Shown: in pieces, positions 24,332-37,916 of the stretch | How the letters are laid out: each line of letters begins with the position of its first letter | Position numbering within the stretch: the first letter of the stretch is position 1 | Assembly: GCA_003971905.1 (NCBI GenBank) | Contig: RSEE01000097.1 | Location: forward strand, 1 to 64,000 | DNA: 64,000 bases | DNA from: Moniliella sp. 'wahieum' | Taxonomy: Eukaryota | Reading direction: 5' to 3' | Made by a program: the position numbers and the translations under genes | The notes under the pieces: model-generated | What the model saw: only the letters and a program-made list of their open reading frames with translations | What the model was told of the DNA's origin: nothing | The model's database searches: none

Positions 24332-25336
24332 CCCAACTAGAGGGCTGATTTAACGGTAGCACACAGCGGAAACGAGGTTACGAGTAGCTCGAAGAGAGTG
24401 GCGGTGACACAGATCGAGATAGGCACAAGTAAGTAGCACAGGAAGAAGAGGGGAGAAATGAAAGGGGCTGCGCGCGCACGCCAGGCAGAGCAGGCGCTGA
24501 GACTTACCCCGGCACGGATGCGGGTACGGCCCCAGCTATGGGCAGGCAATCATCCCTTTCACGCCACAACAGTACAAGCCACTCCGGCATACACTGGCAT
24601 GAACTGGGGTGCGAATGTCAATTGTACTAGGTCTTGCTACTATACTACGGATTCGTAAAAGGATACGGATTTCCTAAGTATAAAGGGCGGATATTTTGTC
24701 TTCTCCTGATACGTCTGCCCCTATGACGAGAGGAACTTATGCGGCTGTTTCATACTATATCTTAGTACTATATGCATTCGTTAGTTGCAGAGGCCATCTC
24801 GGCGCTTGTTGCGTTTCTTTGCCTTGTCTAGGGGGGGAGCTGCGTTACCTGGAGTGGGGGGCTTCAGAGTGATTGCATAGTAGTAGTAGTTCAATGGTGC
24901 TGAGATAGCTGGCATGGCGTTCCAAATGCGGAACGGAAGAGCTTTTAAGAGAGGATGGCGGTGTTGTTTGTGAATAACCATCCTTTTTCCGTCTCAGTAC
25001 CACTGGAAAGTAAGGAATAGCATCCGTCTGGAGGGAACAGTAGAGCCGATTTGGAGGTGCTTTCGACCGAGGCGAGAATCACAAGAAGCGAAAAGAAGAA
25101 GAAAATAAGATCACTGCTGCTGTAGTGCACAACAAACGTTAAGTAAACTCATGCGCTCCCCGCTGTGTGCTCCCATCGAGCAATGCTACTAAGATCAAGT
25201 CCCTTTCGTGTCGCTGAGGTGACCCAGGCGTGAGTTTCTGGGCTCTTAGTAATTTTATGCTACTTCAATTATAAGTAGAACATCAAGTTCTATATAAGGA
25301 GGATTCGGCTCGCCGCCAACAACATTGCCGCGGCAC

Positions 25337-25941
25337 TTTCACGGGGGGGCGACGATGAAGTCGCCTTTTGCACGGCTACCGTCACTCCCTTATCGTCGCT
25401 CTCGCTTCTCGGTTTCTTCCCTATCACTACTCAAGTTTCTATCTTTCGCTATCGCTCGCAATCGTGACTCGTATTTTCGGCCTTCCTACAAAACCCACAA
25501 CAATCTGACTCATTTCCCCTTTTAGCTGCAGACCTGTTGGTCTTTCCTATGATCCCCTTCTTCTTCTATAAAACCAGCCTGTTCTTAGATTCAATTATGA
25601 TGACCCCACCGCCCACCATCGTTTTTTCCCTCACCCTTCTTCTAGGAAAACTCTCCACTCTAGAAGAACCACCTCTTCGGTCAGCAGCGTCGCTTGCCCT
25701 TCCTCGCGCATCGGAGCTTTCCGCTTTCTTGCCCAGCTCCTAACATACAATCTCTGCCTTGAAAGCGCTGCCTGGCTCTGTCCGCGACAAAAACAGCAAA
25801 GTATAATACTCCCGGCCCTCTGATGTTCAAGCCAGGGTTCCTTTTGGACTTTAGATCTGAAACGTGTTCAATCCTTGGTGAGTCTTGTCTCCGATGGGCA
25901 AGGAAGGTGACTCCGCCTGGAAAGGCAGCATCCCCGTTACA
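25337..25941 (+). mobile_element. Diverged solo LTR, same family as 45365-46061
   Basis: Colinear shared blocks with 45365-46061 (CTATCACTACTCA, TTCTATAAAACC, CTGTTCTTAGAT, CCACTCTAGAAGAACCACCT, GTTCAAGCCAG, GATCTGAAACG, GTGAGTCTTGTC, CTCCGCCTGG). Ends TTTCACGGG..CCCGTTACA; GCAC on both flanks. Confidence 0.75.
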
Positions 25942-26479
25942 GCACAACCATTACTACAGCATCACGGATCGAAGTCTCCTGCTGCGGCTGGTGTCACTCT
26001 AATGAGACCTGTTGGACTCTGCGCACGAGAAGGCATCGTCCGCCGCAACGTCGACACTGCCCTGCCCGAGATTCACCGCAGCGTGCTCGAGGGCGATGTT
26101 GACGCCGACTGGAGCACCTGTGGAATACGGTTCTTTGCCGACAGGTAAACCTCCTGCAACGCAGGGCCAGCTCCGGTGATGTTTTGCCCTACAGCCGCCC
26201 AACCCGCTCCCCCCCCCCCCTCCGTCTACCCACCGGCCACCTCCATCCTAGACATGATATAACGCGCGCGACGCGCGCCGTTGGCGCGAACAGCGCGCCA
26301 AACAAAACGCCACCTAAATGGAAGTGCCCAAGTCCGAATTTTTAAGAGGACGGCTACCCGAGTCTTGCTCAAAACGGCGTTCCCTCCTCGAGGCCCTACT
26401 ACATCTCGTCCTAAAGGATTACGTTTCCCTGAGCAGACCGTAGTATCGGCCGATAAATTTCCTCCACCTTTCTCCCTAG

Positions 26480-26840
26480 CCGTTGGTTTGGCGCATGCCG
26501 TAATCTCGTCGTCCGGCACCGTTGCTACTGTGCCTATCACGGTTGAAAAAAACCGCGGGTACCGTCATCGTGGACATGGGTGCATCTGTCAACATCTCAT
26601 CTGCAGCGCCTGTGTTGGGTGCTCCCAGAAACAAAGATTGACGCCTCGGCAACGACTGCTCTCGATACCGTGGCCCTTGGCCTGAGCCACACGCTGGGTA
26701 CAGCCCGCCTCACCATCGGGCTGGGCTCCCGCTTCTTCGCCGAAGAGATGCTCCGTATTATCGAACACCGCAAGCTAATGATGCTGCTAGGGTCCCCTTT
26801 TCTCTCTAGGGGACCCAAGCCACCATTTCCACATCCCTGA
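26480..26840 (+). pseudogene. Possible decayed AMP-binding (acyl-CoA ligase-like) gene fragment
   Basis: AVISSSGTVATVP resembles YSSGTTGxPK; SRFFAEEMLRIIEHRK resembles RFDxEExLxxIExxK. The two motifs are in different frames. Confidence 0.25.
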
Positions 26841-29604
26841 ACGGCTTGTTCGTCCATTCCTTCTTCGTCCGTTATAGGAAAGCATAGGGGCCCTTCTCCC
26901 CGTTTCGCTCCGACACACGCCTGCGTACTTGGTCCATGCATGAGTCACTGGCCTTTTCCGATCTGAGAAAAGCGGACGAATACGCGCGCGCCGCGAAGTT
27001 GTACCTTACTTGGGATGAGACATCTTCAAGCGGGCAAGGCTCTGAGAGCCCAGAATTCCGGGAAGGCAGGTTCTGCCCCCGGGAAATCAGTAATCTTGCT
27101 ATGACGTCGGTCCGAAATACAGCAGAGCGGCGTGCGGTTGAAAAATCTCCTTGCTCTTTCTTGGCATTTTTGGAAGAGATGTGACATGCGCTATTGGTCA
27201 AAACATTACGAACGGAATGGGTTCTATGGTATCAATTGCGTAACGCGCCACCTCCGTTGTGGGTAAGAAGGGGCAGCTTGGAGGTTGCCCGAACGGTATA
27301 TGCCCTTTGTGAAAAATGTCCCCGAGACTGTCGAGCTAAGGCCGTTAAGCTTTAAGGTTATACGTTAACTTTAGTCATTGTGAAGAGCAAAGTCACTAGG
27401 CGCTAGTTACTCTGAATTAATGACTTTGGGCTCTCGCCACGCCTTTACAATTTGATCTCCATCTCCATCATTTGCTGTTCTCTGTCCTTTCTTCTTTAAG
27501 GCATGCGCTAGCAAGAGCCTGCGACCGAGTATCGTCTGGCGGCAGATATGGTATTCCCATGGTCAGGCGGAGGAGGAGGATTGAATGCAGCAATCATTAT
27601 ATTCGGGTCTCAAAAAGTTTCAAGAGGGCAGTAGCAGTAGCATGTACAAAAAGCTGATGTTGCAGGAGGAAAAAGGCCCCCGGGAGAGGTGGCTGTTTGC
27701 GATCTATCTCCTCTGATCGATCTGATCTCTTTTGCCGGACAGACCTTCTGGCATCTTCCTCTGTTGGATATCCTGGCTCTCTCTTCCTCGCATCGATCGG
27801 TTGCGCCCATCTTGCCTTCTCTATCCCTCCTGCATTTTGTCTGGAAAAATGGCAATCATTAATCACCACGGTATGATCCATTGCATGAGATGCATGTGAT
27901 ATAGCATGTGACATGTGACATGTGACATGTCTTCACTGTGACGGGTGACTCTGGGGCCGAGTAGTTATAGGCTTGGGCTGTAGGACTGACAGACTGCCGG
28001 ACTCGCGCAGAAACAAATCCATGGCTCGATTATCGATTACGATTATCGATCATCGATAGCGCTAACCAGTGCATGACGTGGTTCAATTTCTTCACACACT
28101 GGATCTGTGCTTGTGAACCGGTGTGATGCATGTGAATGAGGCCGTTGATCGATGATCGTTGATCGTACGTTGGTCGATCTATGATTGGCCGGTGCCGGTG
28201 ATCCCAACGTAATTGAACGTTCAGTTGAACTCGAACCTGCCCGATAAGGTCATGGCCGAAGCACCCTACCCTAAGGCCCTAACAGGCGGCGGGGCGACGC
28301 AATGGCAAGCATGTGCTTTTTTCTTGCTCAATGGCCGTCACGCGTCACCGGTGGTCTCACTCTCTCAGGTGTCCCTGTCAGAACAAAGGGAGCCCGCCGC
28401 AGTAGGGCACGGTTCACTAGTCACTGCAATCAGTCGATCAGACCCGTGAGAATCTGGGAGCATCCCATTCTTCCCGCCACAGCGCCAGACGAGGAGGGCG
28501 ATCGTCTCGAGATGTCTGCGCGCAGCCACGACAGGCGAGGAGGCGACCGGATGGAAACGCTGGAAAGGCGGCTGGGCTGGCGTGCACATGGCTCGCCCGG
28601 CGCCGCGCGCATCCCAGCGGTACTTCCTAGTTACTGTCTGTAGCCGTAGCAGCAGTGTAGTTCAGCGTCGTTTAGCGCTATGCAGAGGCAGCCTAGTGTA
28701 GCTGCACTGCTGATCATCGCGATCAACAACGATCCACTGCTCCAAGCCACACCCCGCATCCCGCCAGCCTCGCCGTGAGTTCGATCATCGATCGTATGCA
28801 TGCATCAGGCATGGGCAGTGTCCGCGCACGTGCAGGCACAGTGCGGGGGCAGCTGGGCAGACAGCAGACAGCCTCCAGCAGCCGGCCCCTGTCCAGCTTC
28901 AAGCTTCAAGCTGGGCCAGAAAACGTCATCGATCATCCGAACGTTCGCCTCCAAGTTCCAAGCTTCACCGTTGCAGCTCTACGCAGCCTGCAGAGAGCCT
29001 GCGGGAGCGCCTTGTCAGTCAGCGTCGCGCCACCGCCCGTGCCTAAGCGCCGCTTGCACTGCCCCTATGCACATGTGCGCTGTGGCGCGGCATTCCGGGT
29101 CCATGCATGTGCATCCGGCGGGGGGCGCGGGGGCAGGCCCCGTGTCAGGGCGCACAGCGGCACTGTATGTCGCCGCAGCCAAGCAGCAGTCGCAGCAGCG
29201 ATCGCAGACAGACGGACAGCCGAACGCACGGGGCCTGTGTACCCACCCGCTGCTGCTCGCTGGGCTCGGCCACGCTTCAGGCTTCAGCTTCAGGCTGAAG
29301 CTTCAAGCTCTTCACGCTCGATAGACGGCAGCACATCTAGCATGCAGCAGAATCACAGAGTTCAGTTCAGACACGCACCGCCCGTGTGCGCTGCCTCGCT
29401 TAGCCCGTAGACAGGTCCATTGGGGCCAGTTGCTAGCACCAAGCACAGCCTCTGAAGATCCCTCCACTACACCTCCAGCTATCACCCACACCCCACACCA
29501 CTCCCGTCTCTCTTTGCGACCGGGCTTGTGCTTGCTCGCTCGCCCGCTTGCTCGCCCGCTTCCGTCCTTCTCGCCATGTCGCGCCCTATGCCCCCCTGCG
29601 GCCA

Positions 29605-31790
29605 ATGCCGTCGCGGCAAGGCAGTGGCCAGTCGGTCTACACCGACGCACTTTCCGACTTGACCCCCCCAGCCGATGGCCAGCCCAGCGCCAACGCACTC
29701 GCCTCCCTCTCCCAGTATCCGACCATGCCAGTCCCCTCACCACCATCGCCAGCCAGAACATCCCAGCCCATTGACTATCCACCCTCGGCCGCCGGCCATG
29801 CCATTGCTCTTTCCCGTCCCCACGACGACGACACTGGCGCCATCGTGCCTCTGCCCTCGCCCAATGCCTCGGACGCGGACCACAGCCTCTCCACAGCACC
29901 GCAACCGCTACCACCCAATGCTCAGCACTTGCCTCACCATGATCACCCTGCTGCACCCATGCTCCAGTCCAACATTCCGTCCAGTGCGTCGGGCGCACAA
30001 CGTGAAGACGCTTGGGGTGATACACTCGCTTCTCTAGAGCGCCGGTACCCCACTGCCACTCCCTCGGGTCTTTCCCTGTCTCACACTACCTGCCGGGCAG
30101 AGCACAAAGCATCGTCTGGGCTCTCGTCGCCACCGCGGCCGCTCACTATACGATGATCAAAACAAATCGTCTGTCCGTTCCCCTCTGGCGCGGCCCCTGT
30201 CCCATCTGGTCCCCACCAGTGGTGGTGCTTTCCGTCGTTCGAGTGCGGTCACTCCTTCGATTTCGCGCATGAGCCGGTCCCAGGTAAATGGAAACCCTCT
30301 CTTCCAGCCCCCTGACATCCCTTGCCTCGGCTTTGCACACCCGTAAAGTGGGAGCAGGCCGTGCTGCCTGGGGCCTGATGGCGGAGGCAACGCCGCATTG
30401 GGTGCGGGGGCTATGAAGATGACGATGGTGTCGACATTGAACCCACCAGGGGGCTACGCGACTGAACCCGGCAGTGGTGGTCCCGGACTCATTCGTCGTG
30501 TGACGGGCCGCCGCCGCAACGGCCAGACTCAAGCTACCGAAGGGAACAATTTACCTCAGAGCCAATGGAAAAGTACATCGACGATGACGAGGACGATGAT
30601 GCATCGCTCGACAAGGTTGGAATTTTGCATCGTACCTTGGTGGATTGGTGTGGCGTCTGACAGGGCGTAAGGACAAGATTCAGCGCTTCGGTGGAACAAA
30701 TTTAAATGGGCATTGTTCGCAGGCAATTTGCTGCTCACGCTGTATGGAATCGCTGTTGCTTGGTCGGCACAATCCTCACGGGACGCGCGTCTGGAGCAAA
30801 TAGAAACGTGATCGTGTCAGCCAGGATTGAGTTGATTTGTACGTATTTTCGACGCTGTCGTTGATTCTGAATTGTTTAATTGACCACCCCACTCCCTCAT
30901 AACAGTATCGACGGTAGCCGCCACTCTGTTTTTGTTGCGGCTGTTGTGGGTTGGTGCGGAATCCTACTTAATAACAGGGCTTTTCTTACAGTGTGGAACC
31001 TGCTGCTGTGGATCTCGTTTGCTTTTCTTGTTGCACCGGGGTACCTGGCTTACAAGAAGCACACGTTCAACCTGGAGGGTAAGACCAACGAGCTGTGGAG
31101 CCGCTCGTTGAATGTGGCCCAAAGGAGAATAGTCCAGAACACACTGAGCTGCTGCGGGTATTACAACCCCGCGATCGAAGCGTCTGAGACCAATCTATGC
31201 TACGCACGCAGTTCTCTGCCCGGGTGCAAGGGGCGTTTCCTTCGCTTTGAGCGGATGATGTTCCGCTACTTTTACACGGCCGCATTCTCCGTGGTTGGGC
31301 CGCACCTGTGTCTCGTGGTGCTAGGTCTGTTGTGCTCCAACCACGTGACCTACGCTTTGGCAAGGCATTACCCCGCCTCCATACCAGCTCGATCCTGCGA
31401 CTGCTCGGACCATTAAGGACGACTTCCTTTCCCAGTTGGCCCAGATCTATTCGCCCGAGCTTGTGCGGCAAGTGCTGGAGGCACAACGGCGCAATGTGGT
31501 CCGCAAGCAACGCATGGTCCCCGGAACCCCGGGGAGCAAGCACCGCTCGTTCCTGTACCTCCCCGGCACCCCTACTGCTAGTGGTACAGCAGCCCACACC
31601 ATGGCTGCCTCCATCGTGCGGACTCCGGGGGGCACACTGTTCCCTCCGCTTCGCTCCTGGCCGTCCCCGGCACCGAGCTTCCTCCCCCCGACCGGCAGGC
31701 CCTATTTGGTGCCGGCATGCGGGTGGACGACTCTGACTCGTCCTCGGGTCCGAGCCACTGGCGAGGATGGTTCCTACCCTTTCACACTAG
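29605..31790 (+). CDS. Basidiomycete tetraspanin, Tsp2 family
   Basis: Long disordered N-terminus, then RWNKFKWALFAGN, GILLNNRAFL, LLWISF..PGYLAYKKHTFNLEGK, QNTLSCCGYY, CYARSSLPGCK, LLCSNHVTY. Intron ~30839-30905. The 3' end is uncertain. Confidence 0.85.
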
Positions 31791-32838
31791 AGCTTTTTCA
31801 CTTTTTGACCATCCACTCCGTTCAACACGTTCAACGTTCAACAGCGATGTTGATCGCATTGACTGCCATTCCTTTTATCCTCTTCCTGTTTTTGTTTTTT
31901 TTATCTCCTCCCAAGTACTCTAATATGGCTGAGCTGGTTCACCAACCCTCTATCCTCTCCTCTTGCTCTTCTCTGGAGCATAGATTCCCCGAAAGCATGT
32001 TGAGCTTCCTTTTTATCCCTGTGCCTCCTACCTATGATTGCACCCCCCCCCACCTCCGCCCTTTTCTTTCTAGCAGCCACCTCGACACATCCCCATGCTT
32101 ATCCTACTATGACCCGCGTGCGTGGCGCGTGCTGGAGGGAGGATGAACCTGTGACGTGCGAGACGTGTAATCTGTTGATACCGTTTTGAGCCGGATCTCT
32201 TGTGTGCTGCTCTGCTTGTATTATAGAACAGCTGGAATCACCTCCGTCGACGAGTCAGAAATCCGGCGATAGTAGTACTCCATGAAAAGCCAACATTCAT
32301 ATGAACAGGTACGGATGCACTGTCTGCACACGTCTGGAACGTCATTAATCATTCCTCTTCTCCAAGTTCCAAATAATGGTGGGGCAGTGTGATGGATGAG
32401 GCCGATGAGGCCTGAGAAAACCTAAGAGGGTCGTCCAGCCTCTTAGTACAATTGGTTATCGTGTACCCACTGATTGTGTGGGTCTGACAACCCATATCGT
32501 CGATGCGGTAGATGCAGTCAATTTTCATCGATGGTCGCGGTTTTCTGACTGCTCAAGAGGTCCTCCAGTGGCAATGGGCTACGTCGTGGGGGCTACCCGC
32601 ACATCGGCGTTCATGTGCCGGATTCACTCACTGGTCCTGTGGTGTACCACTCACCACACTGACCGACCGGTCTTCACAGGGTCATCGGCGGGGTACTTAT
32701 AGAGTGCGACTTTGGAGCACTCGATCGGGAATTCTATTCTGGGATCAGCTGAAAAGCACCCATTAGACAGAGTGTGAAGGCAAAGTAACGAATCGGGGCA
32801 TGCGCGGCAAGTCTTCCAACAACGTCTGAAGGGATTGA

Positions 32839-32869
<31 letters not shown>

Positions 32870-33527
32870 GAGAAGGGAGGGAGCACAGGCCCGGATGCGC
32901 AGCTTGCAACCGGAACTCTTCCGCCCGATAAGCGAGGTGGCCGTCACTGATCATCAACTTGAGGGCCGTGCAGGGGAACCCTAGAACTACCCTCCCGCAG
33001 TTGGTACTTCAGATGGCTCTGCTTAGATCAATCTTGGATGGATCCGCATTACTTGGGCGCTGGGACGAGCGAAACCTAGAAGGGCCCACAGCGTGAGCGT
33101 TCAAGCTCGGACGGGCTATTAACAAGTCAGCCGTTGCCACGACGTCGAGCCAGATCGATGGTAGATGAGGCTTCAGATGAAGTTGGAGATTCCCTTCCAC
33201 AGACGCTTTTACCTCACCTATGCCAGCCATGCATGTCAGCCCATGTCACCCCCCTTCGTGGCTCATGCTCTCACACAGCCAATCTTATTGACCCCTTGGT
33301 CCCATCGAGCTTGGAGGAAATTACATCATAAACTGCCCCCGTACCTCCTGGGGATGTGCCAACCCTAGTGCACCAGAGGAGGACAGGGGCAGTGTCCCCT
33401 CATCGGCCGCCACCAGATCTTATCTGAATCTGACTGATCAATCTGACGAGCTGCCTCTTAAATACCCCAACCCCTTGCGCTGCGCTCTCCATCTCCACCA
33501 CCTCCCCTCCCCTCCACCACCACCACC

Positions 33528-35213
33528 ATGCGTCTCTTCACTGCGGTAACCCTCGCCTTCGCAGCTGTAGTGGGTGCGCGACCGACACCACCCAGCTTTG
33601 TACCCGGAGCAACAGTGCAGGATGCTTCGGTCATCCCAGCCACGCTCAAGAGCGCCGCCACTTTGGCGAAGTCGAGGGCAAGTACATGGTCAAGCTCAAG
33701 CGTGGGGTATCCTCTAGTGTGTTCTTGGCTCATCAGCAGCTTATTGCCTCGGCCCAAAGCGAAGCAATGCGTACTACGGGTTCTCATCTGCTGAGCGGGA
33801 GACGCACGGCATCCGGCACGTGTATGACCTCGATGCCCATCTTCAAGGCTATGCTGGCCGGTTCACCGACGACGTGCTGGCTTTTATCCGGGCCCAGCCA
33901 GAGGTAGAGTACGTGGAGCGCGACTCGATTGTCAAAACCATGGAGATCCCTCCGGAAGAACAGATGCGTCTCCCCAGCATTTACTCTCCTGCCTCCCCCG
34001 TCGTCTCTGGCAAGCATGTCACCCAGAGGGGCGCCCCTTGGGGGCTGGCACGCATTTCTCATCGCGAAGAACTAGGCTTTGGCAACTTTAACAAATATGT
34101 CTATGACCCTACCGCGGGGGCCGGCGTAACTGCGTACATTATCGAGTACGTTTTCCCTCCATCCAGCAGGAAATGCCTTGCCGCAGAGCTACTTGACCTC
34201 TAACCCACCCACGACAGTACTGGTATCTACATTCACCATGCTGATTTCGGAGGTCGTGCTCGCTGGGGTAAGACGATCCCTTCAGGTGATGTTGACGAAG
34301 ATGGCAATGGACATGGCACCCATTGCGCTGGCACCATTGGCGGCACAACCTATGGTGTCTCGAAAAATGCGGACTTGGTCGCGGTCAAGGTGCTAAGCAG
34401 CTCGGGTTCGGGCACCATGTCGGACGTGACAGCGGGGGTACTATGGGCCGTGAATGATGCCAAGGAAATTTCAGCCAAACTTGCCTCGTCCGACCCAGCA
34501 ACGCGCAAGAAGCACAAGGGATTTGTGGCCAACATGTCTCTGGGTGGTGGTAAGTCGCCTACCCTGGATGCTGCCGTAAACGGTGCCGTTTCTTCTTCGG
34601 TCTTCACTTTGCCGTGGCGGCCGGGAACGAGAACTCGAATGCATGCAACGTGTCTCCAGCAGGTGCCAAGTTACCTGTGACGGTGGGTGCGTCGGACGTG
34701 GGCGACAAGCGGGCCTATTTCTCCAACAAGGGCGAATGTGTTGACATTTTCGCTCCGGGGCTCAACATCAAGTCCACCTGGAACACCGGTAAAGAGGCGA
34801 CCGCTATTCTGTCGGGTACATCCATGGCCACCCCGCACACCGTGGGCTTGCTAGCGTACCTTCTTAGCATTTACGGTACCGACGACTTTGCCACGATCGA
34901 GGGCGCGATTCCTATGCCCTCTGTTGAAGAGGTGGCACTTCAGTATGCTCAGAAGGACTTAGCCAATGCCCTTCGTACGCATGTCAAGTCTCTGTTCCAA
35001 GCGAATAGCCTACTGCCCGCTTCCGTTCTCGAATGGATGGTTGATGTTCTTGCTTCGGGGCCCGCGCCCTCGCCCCAGGCATCCGTTGTCTCGGTGCTTC
35101 ACCCTACGGATCTCAAGAAGGCGCTCGTATCGTTTGCTACCAAGGGCACTCTTACTGATGTCCAGGGGAGTCCCAATGTGCTGGCGTTCAACAATGCTAC
35201 CACGCTAGCGTAA
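33528..35213 (+). CDS. Subtilisin-like serine protease (S8A, Prb1/cerevisin type) with signal peptide and I9 propeptide
   Basis: Signal peptide MRLFTAVTLAFAAVVGA; YMVKLK, VEYVERD, APWGLARISHR, YII(D)TG split by an intron at ~34146-34218, DGNGHGTHCAGT, NMSLGG, AAGNEN, SGTSMATPH. Confidence 0.95.
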
Positions 35214-35270
35214 TGTCGAGAGGATATTTCTTCTCTTCATATGGACACAATGCGAGCATCGATCCCTTCT

Positions 35271-35717
35271 TTATTCTCTTCTTTCAGGCACAAGCTGTTT
35301 CAATCTTATCAACGCCGTACGCGCCGTGGGCGAGATATATGATAGCGCATAACAAGGGCGTGCAAATAGGATTGGTGTAGAGCAGAGGCCAACGAAAAAG
35401 CAGCCAGTAAAAAGCAGATTGCATAAGAGCCAAGCCTCCTTGAAGGCGAATAGCATCCAATATCCGTCAGTTGTGGGTTGAAGCGGGGTTAGAGGTACCA
35501 GGTAATCGGTAATCTGAGAGACCACTGTCTGCAGTGTTTCCCATACTGCCACCACAGCGTTTTGGTGAAAATTCTCTGGAGACTGGAATGAGGATGGGAA
35601 AGGCGGGCGTAGGTGGGTCCGTTGGATGAGAGCCAAAGCAATACCCCCCATTGATGACAGAACGGTCTCCACCGGGCCAGCGCTTTGGCCGGGCCAATGG
35701 AGGCACACGTTTATCAT
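35271..35717 (-). CDS. Hypothetical protein, possibly the 3' part of a longer frameshifted gene
   Basis: 148-aa ORF of protein-like composition, convergent with the subtilisin gene. No recognised domain. Confidence 0.3.
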   Translation of the reverse strand: MINVCLHWPGQSAGPVETVLSSMGGIALALIQRTHLRPPFPSSFQSPENFHQNAVVAVWETLQTVVSQITDYLVPLTPLQPTTDGYWMLFAFKEAWLLCNLLFTGCFFVGLCSTPILFARPCYALSYISPTARTALIRLKQLVPERRE

Positions 35718-36940
35718 CTATCCCGGCGGGAAAGGAGCTGGGTCTTTCCGTCAAGGAAGTGACTTCGTCCCGTTTCTGGGTATGGTACTGCCCCACCCTT
35801 TTGGTGATAGTCACATCCGGGCTCGGCGGGAAACGTGGGGTACTTTGGCTCTTGGTCAGGAGCGGGGTGACGGCAGGGAGAGGCTTCCCATCAGCTGATG
35901 AGTGCGCAAAAAGGAGCTGGCGGGTTCGCCATGGCAGCCTTCACAACCGCTCTTGCGGATGCTGAGTTAGCTACCTCTCACTTCTGACCCTCTAGCCTAT
36001 TCGTCCGCCACAATGGCCTTGACTCGTGCCGCAACAGTTGACCCCCTTTCTCCTTCTCCCAGCCGGATACAAAATCGAACTACTTGGCTATAGTTCCAAA
36101 TCATTATGGCTTTGGGGTCTTTGAGGCTCCTCCAGGCTGCTGCTCTCGTGGCCCTGCAATCACCTCGGCATCCGCCTGTGTTGTTCTAGCTCACATCCGA
36201 CCGCGTATCGAGATCGTGCCTGCCTGCTGTGTGAACGAAGTCCTCGAGTCTGCGAAAGAAGCATACAATACGGAATGCTATAATGTTTGATTGTGGCCTG
36301 GCACCCAGTGACGAGGTTCATCTCTTCTTCTTCGTCTGCGCATGCGGCGCAGCTGGTTGAAAATGACAACAGAGTATCCTACCCTTTGTCTGTTGTGTTG
36401 CACCCGCTTCACGGCTTGGCGCTTGCGGATAGAAGCCCCAGGGGAATCGTACTTTCCTTTCTGCGTCCAGTAGCTGCTTCCCTCCCACCCGCAACTGTCT
36501 GTCGATCACAACATTCTCTTGTGAGAGCGAACCCCCGCTGGGCCTGTGGCTCCTAGACAACACCACTGACTGAGCCCAAGTTTTGCTGGCACGTTACCCT
36601 ACAAGCTGGAACGCAAGGCATCGAGTTGGGCTGTCACTGAAGGTAGTCCAAGCAATGAGCTCGTCATGCTACAGAAAAGTAGTGGTAGCCCCACTGAGTT
36701 AACCCTTTTCCCCTTGCCTGGATATCACAGTTGGATCGGTTGCCACTGGCATCACGGCATCGGGAAGGAAGGGTGGTCCTAAGCGCAGCAACACGGGTCA
36801 GTCGGAGCACTAGCGAACTGGGTCTGCTATCTATTCCCCCCGTCAAAGGCGCGAGCGCAGATAATGAAGAGTCATGGTACAATGGCACAGAGCTCCTTGG
36901 GGCGAGTACACGCTCTCCCTCGTCCCGATCGAAGAGCAAA

Positions 36941-37279
36941 TTACTGCTTCTTACTGTAGTACTTGCGCAAGTGGAAGTTGATCGTCGGCTTGGGCGCAGC
37001 CCCAGGACCATTCTATCAAGAAGTATCAGTACCGATCGACCCAGCGCCGAGCACCTGGCGCCTAGCGCCAAGAGGGAGGACAGAAAGGGAGGTGGGACGT
37101 ACCTTGGCCTTCATGCAGCGTCCCAGTGCGGAGGCCGTCTCGGCGCATGCGCCAATGTTGATCAGGTCGCCCCTCGACGACCAGCAGGCAAGCATGGCGG
37201 CAAACTCGGGTGCGCAGGGAGTCTTCCCAGGCATACGCTTGGAGCGCACATACACCTTGTCCAAGCTGAACCCAGCCAT
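36941..37279 (-). CDS. MRP10: Mitochondrial small-subunit ribosomal protein mS37 (twin Cx9C)
   Basis: CAPEFAAMLACW and CAETASALGRCM. After a 90-nt intron (37102-37013, GTACGT..CTGAT..TAG) the second exon reads NGPGAAPKPTINFHLRKYYSKKQ*. Confidence 0.85.
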
Positions 37280-37916
37280 GGTCAAGAGCCCGAAGTGTGG
37301 ATTGGTAGGGGGATCAAAGCGTGGACGCCGTGTTAGATTCGGGGCGTCCATTTCTTCCCAGCCGGCTGCAGCGGGCGGAATTTACCAGGGGAGGAGATAG
37401 GGGCGGAGTCGACGATTTAACATTTCAATGCGCATGCCACAAGCCCTGCTAGCGTTTTACACCATCCGCTATTTGCTGGCAGCGCGCCAACTTTGTTCGG
37501 GTCAGGACCGCTGCCTCGGCTTCCTCGTTGCGACGGGGTTTGATGCTGTCGTGCAAAGCCTCGGTAGAAGGCACGTTGCCTCGCTGATACGCATACGGCA
37601 CCCAGGTGCGTTACATGTCCATACCGTAGAAAGATGTCTGCTACAATCAATCACCGCAGACACATGGGACCAATGCTATCATACCAGTGTGTTGGGTGCA
37701 GACAGTCAAGAGCGAAGGGGACAGAGATGTGGGTAGATAGAGGGCAAACTAAAGCCATGAATAAAGAGGAGCAGCACAAACGATTAGCAAGGCCGGCGTG
37801 AGTTCGCCCAGTACTTACTGGACTGGCAGGTACCTAGGTATCTTGACTTCCTTCCAAAGGCATCGGTCATTTCAACCTCGCCCCGGGTCAAAGCCGCCTG
37901 AACGACGTGCACGCTT

